Shown here in pieces: positions 17,730 through 26,546 of a stretch of 64,000 nt of DNA (position 1 is the stretch's first letter; each line of letters begins with the position of its first letter). The position numbers were made by a program, and so were the translations under genes. The DNA is taken from the IMG/VR virus record IMGVR_UViG_3300045972_000138, positions 62,001 to 126,000 of that record. One strand, 5' to 3'. The notes under the pieces were generated by a model. The model worked only from the letters and a program-made list of their open reading frames with translations, was not told the origin of the DNA and did not search any database.

Positions 17730-18025
17730 TGAGTCAATCAGGATTAACACCATACCAAGACGAATTGCTAGAAATATTAGCAGAAGAATGTGCAGAAGTT
17801 GTGCAAGAAAAATCTAAGATATTTAGATTTGGTTGCGACCAAGAAAGTTGGCACATTAGAGGAAAATCACACGCCGAATGCCTAGAACAGGAACTCGGTG
17901 ATGTCCTCGCAATGATAGACTTATTGTTGTATAGTGGCATAGGTATATCACATGCTGGCTTAGAAGCAGCAAAGGCAAAAAAGACAGAAAAAGTCCTTAA
18001 TTGGATGACACATAAAAAGGATTAA
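17729..18025 (+). CDS. MazG-like NTP pyrophosphohydrolase
   Basis: LAEECAEVVQE...LEQELGDVLAMI. Confidence 0.75.
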   Translation: MSQSGLTPYQDELLEILAEECAEVVQEKSKIFRFGCDQESWHIRGKSHAECLEQELGDVLAMIDLLLYSGIGISHAGLEAAKAKKTEKVLNWMTHKKD

Positions 18026-18026
18026 T

Positions 18027-18524
18027 ATGACACCAGTATCTTATAAATTTACAAGCACAAAAGAGTACATTGACGCATTTCCATGTGCTTACAGACAATG
18101 GCGCAGCGATTCGCATTGTAACCTAATTCACGGTTATTCATTTAGTATGAAGTTTTATTTTGGTACAAATGATTTGGATGTACGTAATTGGGCGGCAGAT
18201 TACGGCGGACTTAAAGAATTGAAGAAGATTTTAGAATCGCAGTTTGATCATTCGTTAATTGTGGCGCAAGATGATCCTGAAATGGAAACGTTCAACTTGC
18301 TAAGTGAAAAGGGCATGGCAAAGATTGTTGTCCTGCCGCGCTTAGGTTGCGAATCACTTGCTGATATGCTATACAAGTATGTTAACGGTGTTTATATTCC
18401 AGAAATGTGGGGCAAAGGCGAAGCAGAGCGTCTGTGGTGCTACAAGGTTGAAGTTCGCGAAACACAAGCAAATATGGCGTATCGTGAAGGTCACCGTGAA
18501 TGGAATGAAGATTTGCTTGCATAA
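18027..18524 (+). CDS. queD: 6-carboxy/pyruvoyl-tetrahydropterin synthase (QueD/PTPS)
   Basis: HCNLIHGYS, DYGGLK, FDHSLIVAQDDP, VEVRET. Confidence 0.85.
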   Translation: MTPVSYKFTSTKEYIDAFPCAYRQWRSDSHCNLIHGYSFSMKFYFGTNDLDVRNWAADYGGLKELKKILESQFDHSLIVAQDDPEMETFNLLSEKGMAKIVVLPRLGCESLADMLYKYVNGVYIPEMWGKGEAERLWCYKVEVRETQANMAYREGHREWNEDLLA

Positions 18525-18697
18525 TGGAACTTGATAATGTCTTAATGGAAAAAGTTCTTACTCCTAGCAAAGAAGAGCAAACTTTCCTTACTTTACAAGG
18601 CAAGTGCCCACACAATGGCGGTTGGCGCCATTTGGGGCACGGTCATAATGATGACTGTTACGAATGTATATTATGCAGAGAAACAAAGTGGTGGTAA
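18524..18697 (+). CDS. Small Cys/His-rich, putative Zn-binding protein (57 aa), not in ORF track
   Basis: TAATG coupling with queD; CPH...GHGHNDDCYECILC. Confidence 0.6.
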   Translation: MELDNVLMEKVLTPSKEEQTFLTLQGKCPHNGGWRHLGHGHNDDCYECILCRETKWW

Positions 18698-18698
18698 T

Positions 18699-18992
18699 AT
18701 GGCAAAACATATGACGGAAAAAGACTGGGCTGCAATTCGACTTAAACATTCAAAAATGACTAAAGAAGAGGCAAAGGCATTTTTGCGCGAAGTAATGGGG
18801 CCTCCTACTAAGGAATTAGAAGGCCAAGATAAGAAAGAGGCAATGCTTATATTATCTTTCTTAGAACCATTCGAGGAGTCGAATAATCAGCATTCTTGGA
18901 CAAGCTCTTATATGGTGGGTGAAACTCGGTATGATGTTACTTCCTGGCCAGGGAGCAATGATCCTACTATAGCTGAATATTTGCCGGAATAA
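18699..18992 (+). CDS. Hypothetical protein
   Basis: Start reassigned to ATG 18699 directly after previous stop. Confidence 0.6.
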   Translation: MAKHMTEKDWAAIRLKHSKMTKEEAKAFLREVMGPPTKELEGQDKKEAMLILSFLEPFEESNNQHSWTSSYMVGETRYDVTSWPGSNDPTIAEYLPE

Positions 18993-18997
18993 AACAC

Positions 18998-19005
18998 GAT
19001 AAATA
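18998..19005 (+). promoter_or_regulatory. Late promoter box GATAAATA
   Basis: 4 nt upstream of ATG 19010 (near-leaderless transcript). Confidence 0.55.
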
Positions 19006-19009
19006 CTAT

Positions 19010-20665
19010 ATGACATTTGCACTATTAACCCTATTGGCATCTCTGGGTGTTGCCGCTGTAACAGAATGGTTTTCTGTTGTTGGTATTATGACTATTTATG
19101 CAGGAGCAGCATATAACTCTGCCCTTATTATGGGTCTTGTATTGGGAGGAGCCAAACTAGTTGTAATTAGTTGGCTATATCGTAACTGGAAATACGCCGG
19201 GTGGACATTAAGATTGCCGCTTATATATTTTACGGTAGCATTAATGACGGCATCGAGTATAGGCGTATACGGATTCTTAACAAAGGCTCACTTAGAACAA
19301 GGTGCAGCAACAGTCGATAACAGTGCTAAGGTAGAAAGACTAGACCAGCAAATTGCTAGAGAAAAGTCTGTTATTGCAGATAATGAAAAGGTAATGGGTC
19401 AACTTGATACAGCTATTAATTCGTATTTAGGTAATGACAAAACAGATAGAGCACTTTCTGTACGTAAAGCACAGGCACCACAACGTAAACAACTTAAAGA
19501 CGAAATAGCGATAGCACAGAAAGCAATCGACGGATTTAGTGATGATAGATTAAAGTTAACATCCGAAGTTAGGGCTATGCAACTCGAAGTTGGACCAATA
19601 AAGTATATAGCCGATCTATTCTACGGGGATGATGTTAACGCAACAACGAAAGTCGAATCAGCGGTTAGGATATTCACGTTACTTATTGTGTCGACATTAG
19701 ATCCACTTGCTGTTATACTGTTAATAGCGGCTAATCATACCTTATTGAGAATTCAGAATGAGAAAAAGCAGAAAGCCGAAGAGAAGGTCGCCGATGGATA
19801 TATTGGAGTATCATCACCCGAAGTTAACGAGGAAGTTGTTGAGGCGGTGGCACAGCCCGGCGAGGTTATCGTTGATACGATCAATATCAAAGAAGATGCT
19901 CCCGACGAAAGCAGGGATGCAAGCAAGGGTAATGTCGTTGTTCAATTCACTAGCGACAGCACCAAGATGGATGAAGAGATACCTGAAGAGGAAATTATTT
20001 CATACGATATCATAGCAAATATAAAACCATCTGACTGGGATTTTAAGGACGAAATACCAGAAGTTCCTAAAGAAGTATTTGAGCCATCAAAATTAGAAGA
20101 ATTACTAACAGCGAAACTTAATTTAGATGAAATAGTAGCAGATTCGACATTACCGGAAATTACAATAAATGAGGAAGAAAGTATCTTTGTGGAAGAAGTC
20201 GTTGACGAGGAGTTCCCCGTCGTCGATACTGAGATTGTACAGGGAGTGGTTGACAACGTGCCACCCGAAGTCGAAGAGAATAGCACCTCCACCGAAGCCG
20301 TTACCGTACAAGAGGTACAAGAGGTTTTTCTAAAGAAACAACCTTGGGCTAATCAACCGGGTGTCTTAAATGAATTTATCGGAAATAGCGCACACTTTAT
20401 ACCACAGGCATTAGATGAAAAAGCGAAAAAAGCAGGATTGGCAAGCGGGCCCGAGAGAACCGAAAACGTTACACAAGGTTCCGAGATTGGGATCGCTGAT
20501 ACGCAAGAGACTACGGAAGAAATTGAAGCGGTGGAAGAAAGCGGACAGGACAGCATTCAAGAAGAAAATGGAACGGAACACGATTCTAAAGAAGAGACTA
20601 CGGCAGCAAGTAATGATAAATACCCAAAAGCCCTAAGCTGGTTAACCGAATTTAAAGGAATCTAA
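19010..20665 (+). CDS. Membrane protein with N-terminal TM helices, coiled coil and acidic low-complexity tail
   Basis: Hydrophobic 1-90, coiled coil 100-190, [15 protein letters not shown]-like TM, E/D-rich C-half. Confidence 0.7.
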   Translation: MTFALLTLLASLGVAAVTEWFSVVGIMTIYAGAAYNSALIMGLVLGGAKLVVISWLYRNWKYAGWTLRLPLIYFTVALMTASSIGVYGFLTKAHLEQGAATVDNSAKVERLDQQIAREKSVIADNEKVMGQLDTAINSYLGNDKTDRALSVRKAQAPQRKQLKDEIAIAQKAIDGFSDDRLKLTSEVRAMQLEVGPIKYIADLFYGDDVNATTKVESAVRIFTLLIVSTLDPLAVILLIAANHTLLRIQNEKKQKAEEKVADGYIGVSSPEVNEEVVEAVAQPGEVIVDTINIKEDAPDESRDASKGNVVVQFTSDSTKMDEEIPEEEIISYDIIANIKPSDWDFKDEIPEVPKEVFEPSKLEELLTAKLNLDEIVADSTLPEITINEEESIFVEEVVDEEFPVVDTEIVQGVVDNVPPEVEENSTSTEAVTVQEVQEVFLKKQPWANQPGVLNEFIGNSAHFIPQALDEKAKKAGLASGPERTENVTQGSEIGIADTQETTEEIEAVEESGQDSIQEENGTEHDSKEETTAASNDKYPKALSWLTEFKGI

Positions 20666-20666
20666 T

Positions 20667-21890
20667 ATGGATAATAACATTAAGTGTTCGTTTTGTGCTA
20701 AAGATCGTAATCAGGTAGAAAATATGATCGAAGGTCCTGAACAGGACAATAGGTTGTTATACATATGCAATGAATGCGTAGATTTTAGTTTTAATGTATT
20801 ACACGAAGATGATAACAAGGTAATCCCGCTTAAGAAAAAGAAAGAAAAGATTCTTTTCCCAGAGCAAATTAAGGCTCACTTAGACGAATACGTTATTGAA
20901 CAGAATGATGCTAAGATTGCGCTGTCTGTTGCAATCTACAATCACTATAAGCGCATTCATCACAAATCAAAAGATGTTGAAATCGAAAAGTCTAATGTCT
21001 TAATGATAGGCCCTAGTGGATCCGGTAAAACATTAACTGTAAAAACAATAGCAAAGCTATTTGAATTACCATATATTATTGCAGATGCTACATCGTTGAC
21101 AGAAGCAGGATATGTAGGTGAAGATGCATCAAACCTTATAACTCGTCTTATTGATGCAGCAGAAGGTGATATTGATCGTGCTCAGCAAGGAATTGTGTTC
21201 ATCGACGAAATAGATAAGAAGAGTAAGAAGGGTGAATCATCGACCGTCTCACGCGATGTGTCTGGCGAAGGTGTACAGCAAGCATTGTTAAAATTAATCG
21301 AAGGTACAATTGTTAAGATACCAGATGAATATGGCGACGACGATGTTAGCTTTGACACAAAGGATGTATTGTTTATTGTAAGCGGTGCATTTGTTGGATT
21401 AGATGATTTAATTAGAAAGAACCGTGCAAAAACAAGCATAGGCATTGGTGCATCATTATCTACAACAAAGACTACATTCTCTGATACAATTAAATTGGTT
21501 GAGCCAGAAGATTTTGTAAGGTACGGATTAATTCCCGAATTTGTAGGCCGTTGCCCTATAACTGTTGTGTTCAACGATTTAGATGTTAACACAATGGTTC
21601 GTGTATTAAAAGAACCAAAAAACAGTATCGTTAGCCAGTTTAAAGCGTTATTTAAGTATGAAGGTGTTGTTTTAGAGTTTGATGATAAATACCTACAGAA
21701 TGTTGCAGAAACGTGTATTAAACAAAAAGTAGGTGCAAGAGGATTGCGTGCTACAATGGAGAAGAATCTTCAAGCTGTACAATATACATTACCGCGATTG
21801 GCTAAAGAAGGAGTAACCAAGATCATAATCGATGCCCTTGGTGCAGCTAAGTATATTTACAAACCTAAAAGAAAGAAGGCAAATGAATGA
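20667..21890 (+). CDS. clpX: ATP-dependent Clp protease ATPase ClpX
   Basis: CSFC...CNEC Zn finger, [50 protein letters not shown]. Confidence 0.95.
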   Translation: MDNNIKCSFCAKDRNQVENMIEGPEQDNRLLYICNECVDFSFNVLHEDDNKVIPLKKKKEKILFPEQIKAHLDEYVIEQNDAKIALSVAIYNHYKRIHHKSKDVEIEKSNVLMIGPSGSGKTLTVKTIAKLFELPYIIADATSLTEAGYVGEDASNLITRLIDAAEGDIDRAQQGIVFIDEIDKKSKKGESSTVSRDVSGEGVQQALLKLIEGTIVKIPDEYGDDDVSFDTKDVLFIVSGAFVGLDDLIRKNRAKTSIGIGASLSTTKTTFSDTIKLVEPEDFVRYGLIPEFVGRCPITVVFNDLDVNTMVRVLKEPKNSIVSQFKALFKYEGVVLEFDDKYLQNVAETCIKQKVGARGLRATMEKNLQAVQYTLPRLAKEGVTKIIIDALGAAKYIYKPKRKKANE

Positions 21891-22147
21891 GTAATCGTTT
21901 TAGAGATTCTAGAAAAACTAGAGGATTAACAGTAGAAGTACGTAATGACGACTTTGGTCGCGCACTACGTACATTTAGCAAGAAGATCCAAGACTTGGGT
22001 ACAATGCAAGAAGTTAAAGAACGAATGGGTTACGAAAAGCCTGCTGTAGCAAAACAACGCCTAAAGAAACAAGCCCGCAAACGCTGGGAAAGAAAAGTCG
22101 AAGAGATGATCTCTTTAGGCATGTGGCACAAAGACCACAAATACTAA
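21887..22147 (+). CDS. rpsU: Ribosomal protein bS21
   Basis: [18 protein letters not shown]...[23 protein letters not shown]. Confidence 0.85.
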   Translation: MSNRFRDSRKTRGLTVEVRNDDFGRALRTFSKKIQDLGTMQEVKERMGYEKPAVAKQRLKKQARKRWERKVEEMISLGMWHKDHKY

Positions 22148-22150
22148 TCT

Positions 22151-23731
22151 TTATTTCTTGTTCTGGGCAATAAATGTAATTAATGTGCTCATTGGTAATG
22201 ATTTAGAATATAACCATCCCTGAGCATATCTTACCTTGTGTGCCTTCAAGTATTCTGCCTGCAACCCTATTTCAACACCTTCAGCAATAAGAGCTAAATC
22301 TAAGGATTTAGCAATACCAATGATGTGGGTGATAACCTTGCTTGTAGCCGAGTCTGTACCAATTGAGTTAACGAATGATTTATCGATTTTTAAATAGTCG
22401 AGGTCAAAGTTTCCAAGATAGGACAAACTAGAATATCCTGTACCGAAGTCATCAATAGCAATTGTGCTACCACTTAGTCTTATATCCTTAAGATATTCAT
22501 TGACAACAATAGAATTAAGTAACTCGCGTTCAGTTGCTTCAATTATAAAATTATTTACATGTACGCCAAGTTTATCTGCAAGATTTCTTATCTTATCTGA
22601 TAATCTTGCAGATAAAATATCTGCAGAAGAAACATTGATAGCTATGTGAAAATCTGGATGATATTTAAATAACATTGGTGCGTCTGCTTCCACTAATTCA
22701 AAAACACGATCTGTTACCTTAGTGATTAATCCGGTTCTCTCTGCTTCCTCGATGAAAATATCAGGAGGTATAAATGTCCCATCTGATGTTCTCCAGCGTA
22801 TTAACGCCTCAGCACCTATGTATTCATGTGTAGTTAGATCTAGCACCGGTTGGTATTCTAAATAAAATTCATTGTTAATAAGTGCTCTTTTAATTCTACT
22901 TTCTAAAGATTTCTGTCTACGTGTATAATAAAATAGCACAGCAGCAAGAGCAACTCCGGTAATCCATCCTAGCGGAAAGAAGTAAGGTAATATTGCTTTT
23001 CTAGATGCAACAAGATATGTCTTAGGAATAGCAGCAACCATTATTGTTTCGAGTTGTTTAGTTTTACGTGTAGAAATTAAATATTCATCATCCTCAAAGT
23101 TATATGTGTCGCCTTGGTGCCTAAATGCCCATAATAACTTAGGATGATTCTTTTCTGATCTATATATGTTTATATCTGATGAAAACGAACCAAGAGCAGT
23201 ATCGCTAGGTATTGTAGAAATATCTACAACCTGATCTGCACTAACAGATATAGCGTATCCGTGTCTCTCTGTTATAATAGATGGTGTTTCTGAAATCTCA
23301 CTTATTACTGCACCTATACGCATTGAATAAGAATCGGTTCTTTTTATAATTGTCGTTTGTATAAGATATCCGTTACCGTGATTTCCTAGTGACGAACAAA
23401 TTAACCTATCATTTATTACATATCCTATTATAATAATCTTTGGATATTTTACTAACACAGATCCCATCTTAGCAATTTTTTCCGGGGAACATGGTGGGCC
23501 ACCTATTTCCTCGACCTCGTTACGAGCACCAGTACTTTGTAGTATATTGTCGTCCAGCCGTTCTTCGAGTATCTTGGTATATTCGGTTGTTTTTTCGTAG
23601 ATTGCTGATCGGGCAGTTTGGTCTGCAAGTTGATATGATGCAAACATGGGCACCACAGATACCAGTGCCATTGCAAGAAATAACTTAGGAGACCCCTTGA
23701 TAAATGCAAGTATTTGAGTAATGTGTTCCAT
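22151..23731 (-). CDS. CSS-motif membrane EAL-domain c-di-GMP phosphodiesterase (PdeC/YjcC-like)
   Basis: TM1, PPCS and LICSSLG, TM2, YQP, GAEALIRW, INVS, IEATE, DDFGTGYSSLSYL, KID, AEGVE, QGWLYS. Confidence 0.92.
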   Translation of the reverse strand: MEHITQILAFIKGSPKLFLAMALVSVVPMFASYQLADQTARSAIYEKTTEYTKILEERLDDNILQSTGARNEVEEIGGPPCSPEKIAKMGSVLVKYPKIIIIGYVINDRLICSSLGNHGNGYLIQTTIIKRTDSYSMRIGAVISEISETPSIITERHGYAISVSADQVVDISTIPSDTALGSFSSDINIYRSEKNHPKLLWAFRHQGDTYNFEDDEYLISTRKTKQLETIMVAAIPKTYLVASRKAILPYFFPLGWITGVALAAVLFYYTRRQKSLESRIKRALINNEFYLEYQPVLDLTTHEYIGAEALIRWRTSDGTFIPPDIFIEEAERTGLITKVTDRVFELVEADAPMLFKYHPDFHIAINVSSADILSARLSDKIRNLADKLGVHVNNFIIEATERELLNSIVVNEYLKDIRLSGSTIAIDDFGTGYSSLSYLGNFDLDYLKIDKSFVNSIGTDSATSKVITHIIGIAKSLDLALIAEGVEIGLQAEYLKAHKVRYAQGWLYSKSLPMSTLITFIAQNKK

Positions 23732-23773
23732 TCTGTATTTACCAATAAAGTACTAGTTTTTAAATGGTAGTAT

Positions 23774-23784
23774 TTGCATTGCAA
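23774..23784. promoter_or_regulatory. TTGC-N3-GCAA palindrome (PhaR-like, weak)
   Basis: TTGCATTGCAA between divergent EAL and hsp20 genes. Confidence 0.3.
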
Positions 23785-23824
23785 TAAATTCTATTATAAA
23801 ATATTATAATCACTATTTTACAGT

Positions 23825-23832
23825 GATAAATA
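23825..23832 (+). promoter_or_regulatory. Late promoter box GATAAATA
   Basis: Upstream of structured hsp20 leader. Confidence 0.6.
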
Positions 23833-23914
23833 AAATTGTAAGATGCTCATAGGGAGGTTTTACAACAGTATCCACTGGATACAAAATTTAGACTTGCTAT
23901 TAAAGGAGTTAATT

Positions 23915-24328
23915 ATGTCTATAAATCAAGAGTTTGATCGTTTATTCAACCACCTCAACCAGGTAGCTGTAGGATTTGGTCCCATTTTCCGTGACTTCCA
24001 ACACACAAGCAGCAACTATCCTCCACACAACATTGTTACTATTTCCGATAACGAGTTCAATCTAGAACTTGCTGTTGCCGGATTTAAGAAAAGTGAAGTT
24101 GTGATCCAGGAAGAAAATGGTATGTTGACCATCAAGGCAGATAAGGACACACAGAATGAATTACAACAATACCAGTACAAAGGTATTGCTAACCGTTCTT
24201 TCTCTAAATCTTTCCGCATTGCCGAATCCTTCGAGATTCAAGGTGCTAATTTAGAAGATGGAATCTTAACAATTAAGTTTGTTAAAAATGTTCCTGTGAC
24301 TAAACCTAAGTTGATTGCAATCAGCTAA
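23915..24328 (+). CDS. Small heat-shock protein Hsp20 (IbpA-like)
   Basis: NYPPHNIV, ELAVAGF, YKGIANRSF, ANLEDGILTI; start reassigned using AAGGAG. Confidence 0.92.
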   Translation: MSINQEFDRLFNHLNQVAVGFGPIFRDFQHTSSNYPPHNIVTISDNEFNLELAVAGFKKSEVVIQEENGMLTIKADKDTQNELQQYQYKGIANRSFSKSFRIAESFEIQGANLEDGILTIKFVKNVPVTKPKLIAIS

Positions 24329-24337
24329 CAACATAGG

Positions 24338-24366
24338 TTGACCTGCGCCCCGGGAATACGTATAAT
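24338..24366 (+). promoter_or_regulatory. sigma70-type promoter of clpS with inverted repeat around -10
   Basis: TTGACC-17-TATAAT; CCCCGGGAATAC / GTATTACCTGGGG. Confidence 0.75.
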
Positions 24367-24392
24367 AAGGTATTACCTGGGGTCTAACTATT

Positions 24393-24701
24393 ATGTCACA
24401 AGATATTGAAGTCATTGAAAAAATAGATGAGCAAATCAAGGTGCATATTCCAAATATGTACAAAGTGATTTTGCACAACGATGACACCACGACTGTGGAT
24501 TTTGTAATCCACGTGCTAACACGCATCTTTCACAAGCAAATGGAAGACGCACTGGTGTTGACACAAACAATTCACGAAGAAGGCCAAGGCATTGCAGGCG
24601 GCCCGTATACACGCGAAATAGCAGAAGAAAAAACACTCGAAACAATTGGATCAGCTAGGGCTAACAATTTCCCACTTGTCGCAACGTTCGAAGAAGTATA
24701 A
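24393..24701 (+). CDS. clpS: N-degron adaptor ClpS
   Basis: MYKVILHNDDTTTVDFVIHVL..IF, IHEEGQGI, YTREIAEEK, FPL. Confidence 0.9.
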   Translation: MSQDIEVIEKIDEQIKVHIPNMYKVILHNDDTTTVDFVIHVLTRIFHKQMEDALVLTQTIHEEGQGIAGGPYTREIAEEKTLETIGSARANNFPLVATFEEV

Positions 24702-24727
24702 ATATCTCGTAAGGATACGAGAAAATA

Positions 24728-25762
24728 ATGACACAAAATTTAATTCAAATTAAAGCATTCCTGGGAAAATATTATCAAGAGTTAGCATATTCTGTTCAGC
24801 AGGAAAAATATGCCAAAGCTAACCTGCTCAAGTTCTTTGAGCAACGGTTTGTTATTCAAAGTAATAAAGTGCAAATGATTGTAGACCCGTCCCTTAAGGG
24901 ATTGGTTGCAGTTGTAAACGGAAATGAGCTACTTGTAAGCCAAGAATTGCACGACCACGAATATATTAACATAACAAATTCTGCAGATTCTGGTAATTTA
25001 GGTAATAATCCTAAGAGTCTATATACACCTGAAATATTTTCGTCTATGGCATATTTGATTTGCCAAAATCATACAATGCTAACAATAGTAGGCGAAATCG
25101 AAGAACCAATCTACATACGTTATAAGTGTGAATTTGAAACATTTCAGAATTCTGTAGTTATAGTAAATGTGTCAGAAGGCATAGATGTAGAGATTGTTGA
25201 AGAATATGAAAGCTTTTGTGCTATAAATTCTGTAATAAACTACATTATCCAAGAAGGTGCTAGAGTAAACGTATCTACGTTCTACCAGAATCATTTATCT
25301 GCATTGTCATTCTGTCTACGGAATGTAATTGTGCAAGACAACGCAAAGTACAGTCATATATTGTTTGGTAAAGGTTCATCTAACGTATTAGATGAAACCA
25401 GAGTACAGCCAAACAATAGATCATCGGTTGAACTGCTAGGATGTATGAATCCGGGGCAGCAGGAATTCCACACAATTGTAGGTGTGCTTCCCGGTGCACA
25501 AGATTATAACTTTTTCTTAGATCATAGGCATATGGTGTCCGGTAAAGGAAGAACTACCTTCACTCCTCTTATCATAGGTCACTTACCGCCTACTGCACAT
25601 ACGAACGTAAGCTCGTTAGTGTTAGATCATTACGCAAGAGGCTTTTGGCCTGAAAAATCGGAGGAATTTTTATCACCTATATTAGACCGTGCTACATTAG
25701 AGAGGACTGTAGGTGTTACCCGTTTTTACAGTAACAAATCTAAGTTCTTGCAATTTCAATAA
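24728..25762 (+). CDS. SufD/SufB-like beta-helix protein, divergent
   Basis: IVNVSEGIDVEIVEEY, YIIQEGARVNV, VIVQDNAKYSH repeats resemble the SufBD beta-helix. Confidence 0.5.
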   Translation: MTQNLIQIKAFLGKYYQELAYSVQQEKYAKANLLKFFEQRFVIQSNKVQMIVDPSLKGLVAVVNGNELLVSQELHDHEYINITNSADSGNLGNNPKSLYTPEIFSSMAYLICQNHTMLTIVGEIEEPIYIRYKCEFETFQNSVVIVNVSEGIDVEIVEEYESFCAINSVINYIIQEGARVNVSTFYQNHLSALSFCLRNVIVQDNAKYSHILFGKGSSNVLDETRVQPNNRSSVELLGCMNPGQQEFHTIVGVLPGAQDYNFFLDHRHMVSGKGRTTFTPLIIGHLPPTAHTNVSSLVLDHYARGFWPEKSEEFLSPILDRATLERTVGVTRFYSNKSKFLQFQ

Positions 25763-25799
25763 ATAGCTTGTGTGTAAATTAATTTTTGAGGGTAAAAAT

Positions 25800-26129
25800 A
25801 TGTATAAAATAACAAATATAGAGACATTGGGTACAGACTATACAGTTGCAAACCAAGATGGTAAAATCATCAAGCACGTACAAATTATACCTCACACAGA
25901 GATTTTAAATGCTGCACTGGGTCCATATACAGACGCATTTGACAGCATTGAAGCTTATTTAGAAAAATCAGTATCAGTATTAGAGGGCAATGAAGATATT
26001 GATCCTAATAGGGTATATTGGTATGCAACAGAAGATAACGATGTGCCAATTGGCGATGTTATCGAGTATGCTGTTAAACACGGATACGACATTATCATTA
26101 TGGAACATATAGATCCAATGGCAATTTAA
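25800..26129 (+). CDS. Hypothetical protein
   Basis: Start reassigned to ATG 25800 (RBS GAGG). Confidence 0.6.
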   Translation: MYKITNIETLGTDYTVANQDGKIIKHVQIIPHTEILNAALGPYTDAFDSIEAYLEKSVSVLEGNEDIDPNRVYWYATEDNDVPIGDVIEYAVKHGYDIIIMEHIDPMAI

Positions 26130-26130
26130 T

Positions 26131-26328
26131 ATGACAGTGTTTAGAACAGTTGTATGCGAATGGATTGGGGACGATGAAGGTTGTCGACATCCTAAAATGT
26201 ATGGAAAATCATATTGCGAAACACATTATGATCGAATATACGAATCGTATTTGCCAGAAATGGCAGATTATATTATAAACAAAGAACTAAATGAAAACAG
26301 GTCAATGGCTCAACATAAATCGAAATAA
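26131..26328 (+). CDS. Small Cys/His protein resembling the GcrA C-terminal domain
   Basis: VCEWIGDDEGC...GKSYCETH versus GcrA CxWPxGDP...CG....GxPYCxxH. Confidence 0.45.
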   Translation: MTVFRTVVCEWIGDDEGCRHPKMYGKSYCETHYDRIYESYLPEMADYIINKELNENRSMAQHKSK

Positions 26329-26437
26329 CACATTAACCACAGAAATACTAGGATTAACCATAGTATGTGCGGTCGCTATTCCTATGCTGACACTAACGCT
26401 TACGGGCGCAATTATACATCAACTATTTAAAAATTAA
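26291..26437 (+). CDS. Putative 48-aa single-TM protein, not in ORF track
   Basis: ILGLTIVCAVAIPMLTLTLTGAII hydrophobic stretch; ends just before terminator. Confidence 0.4.
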   Translation: MKTGQWLNINRNNTLTTEILGLTIVCAVAIPMLTLTLTGAIIHQLFKN

Positions 26438-26456
26438 TAAAAACAATAACAAATTC

Positions 26457-26482
26457 AATAGCACGCCCAGCGTGCTATTTTT
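26457..26482 (+). terminator. Intrinsic terminator
   Basis: AATAGCACGC-CCA-GCGTGCTATT-TTT. Confidence 0.75.
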
Positions 26483-26506
26483 ATGGCCGAATTATCAGCA
26501 TACATT

Positions 26507-26514
26507 GATAAATA
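26507..26514 (+). promoter_or_regulatory. Late promoter box GATAAATA
   Basis: Upstream of 26547 with RBS AGGAG. Confidence 0.65.
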
Positions 26515-26546
26515 CAATATTATTAAAAACAGTGTAGGAGCCAGCA

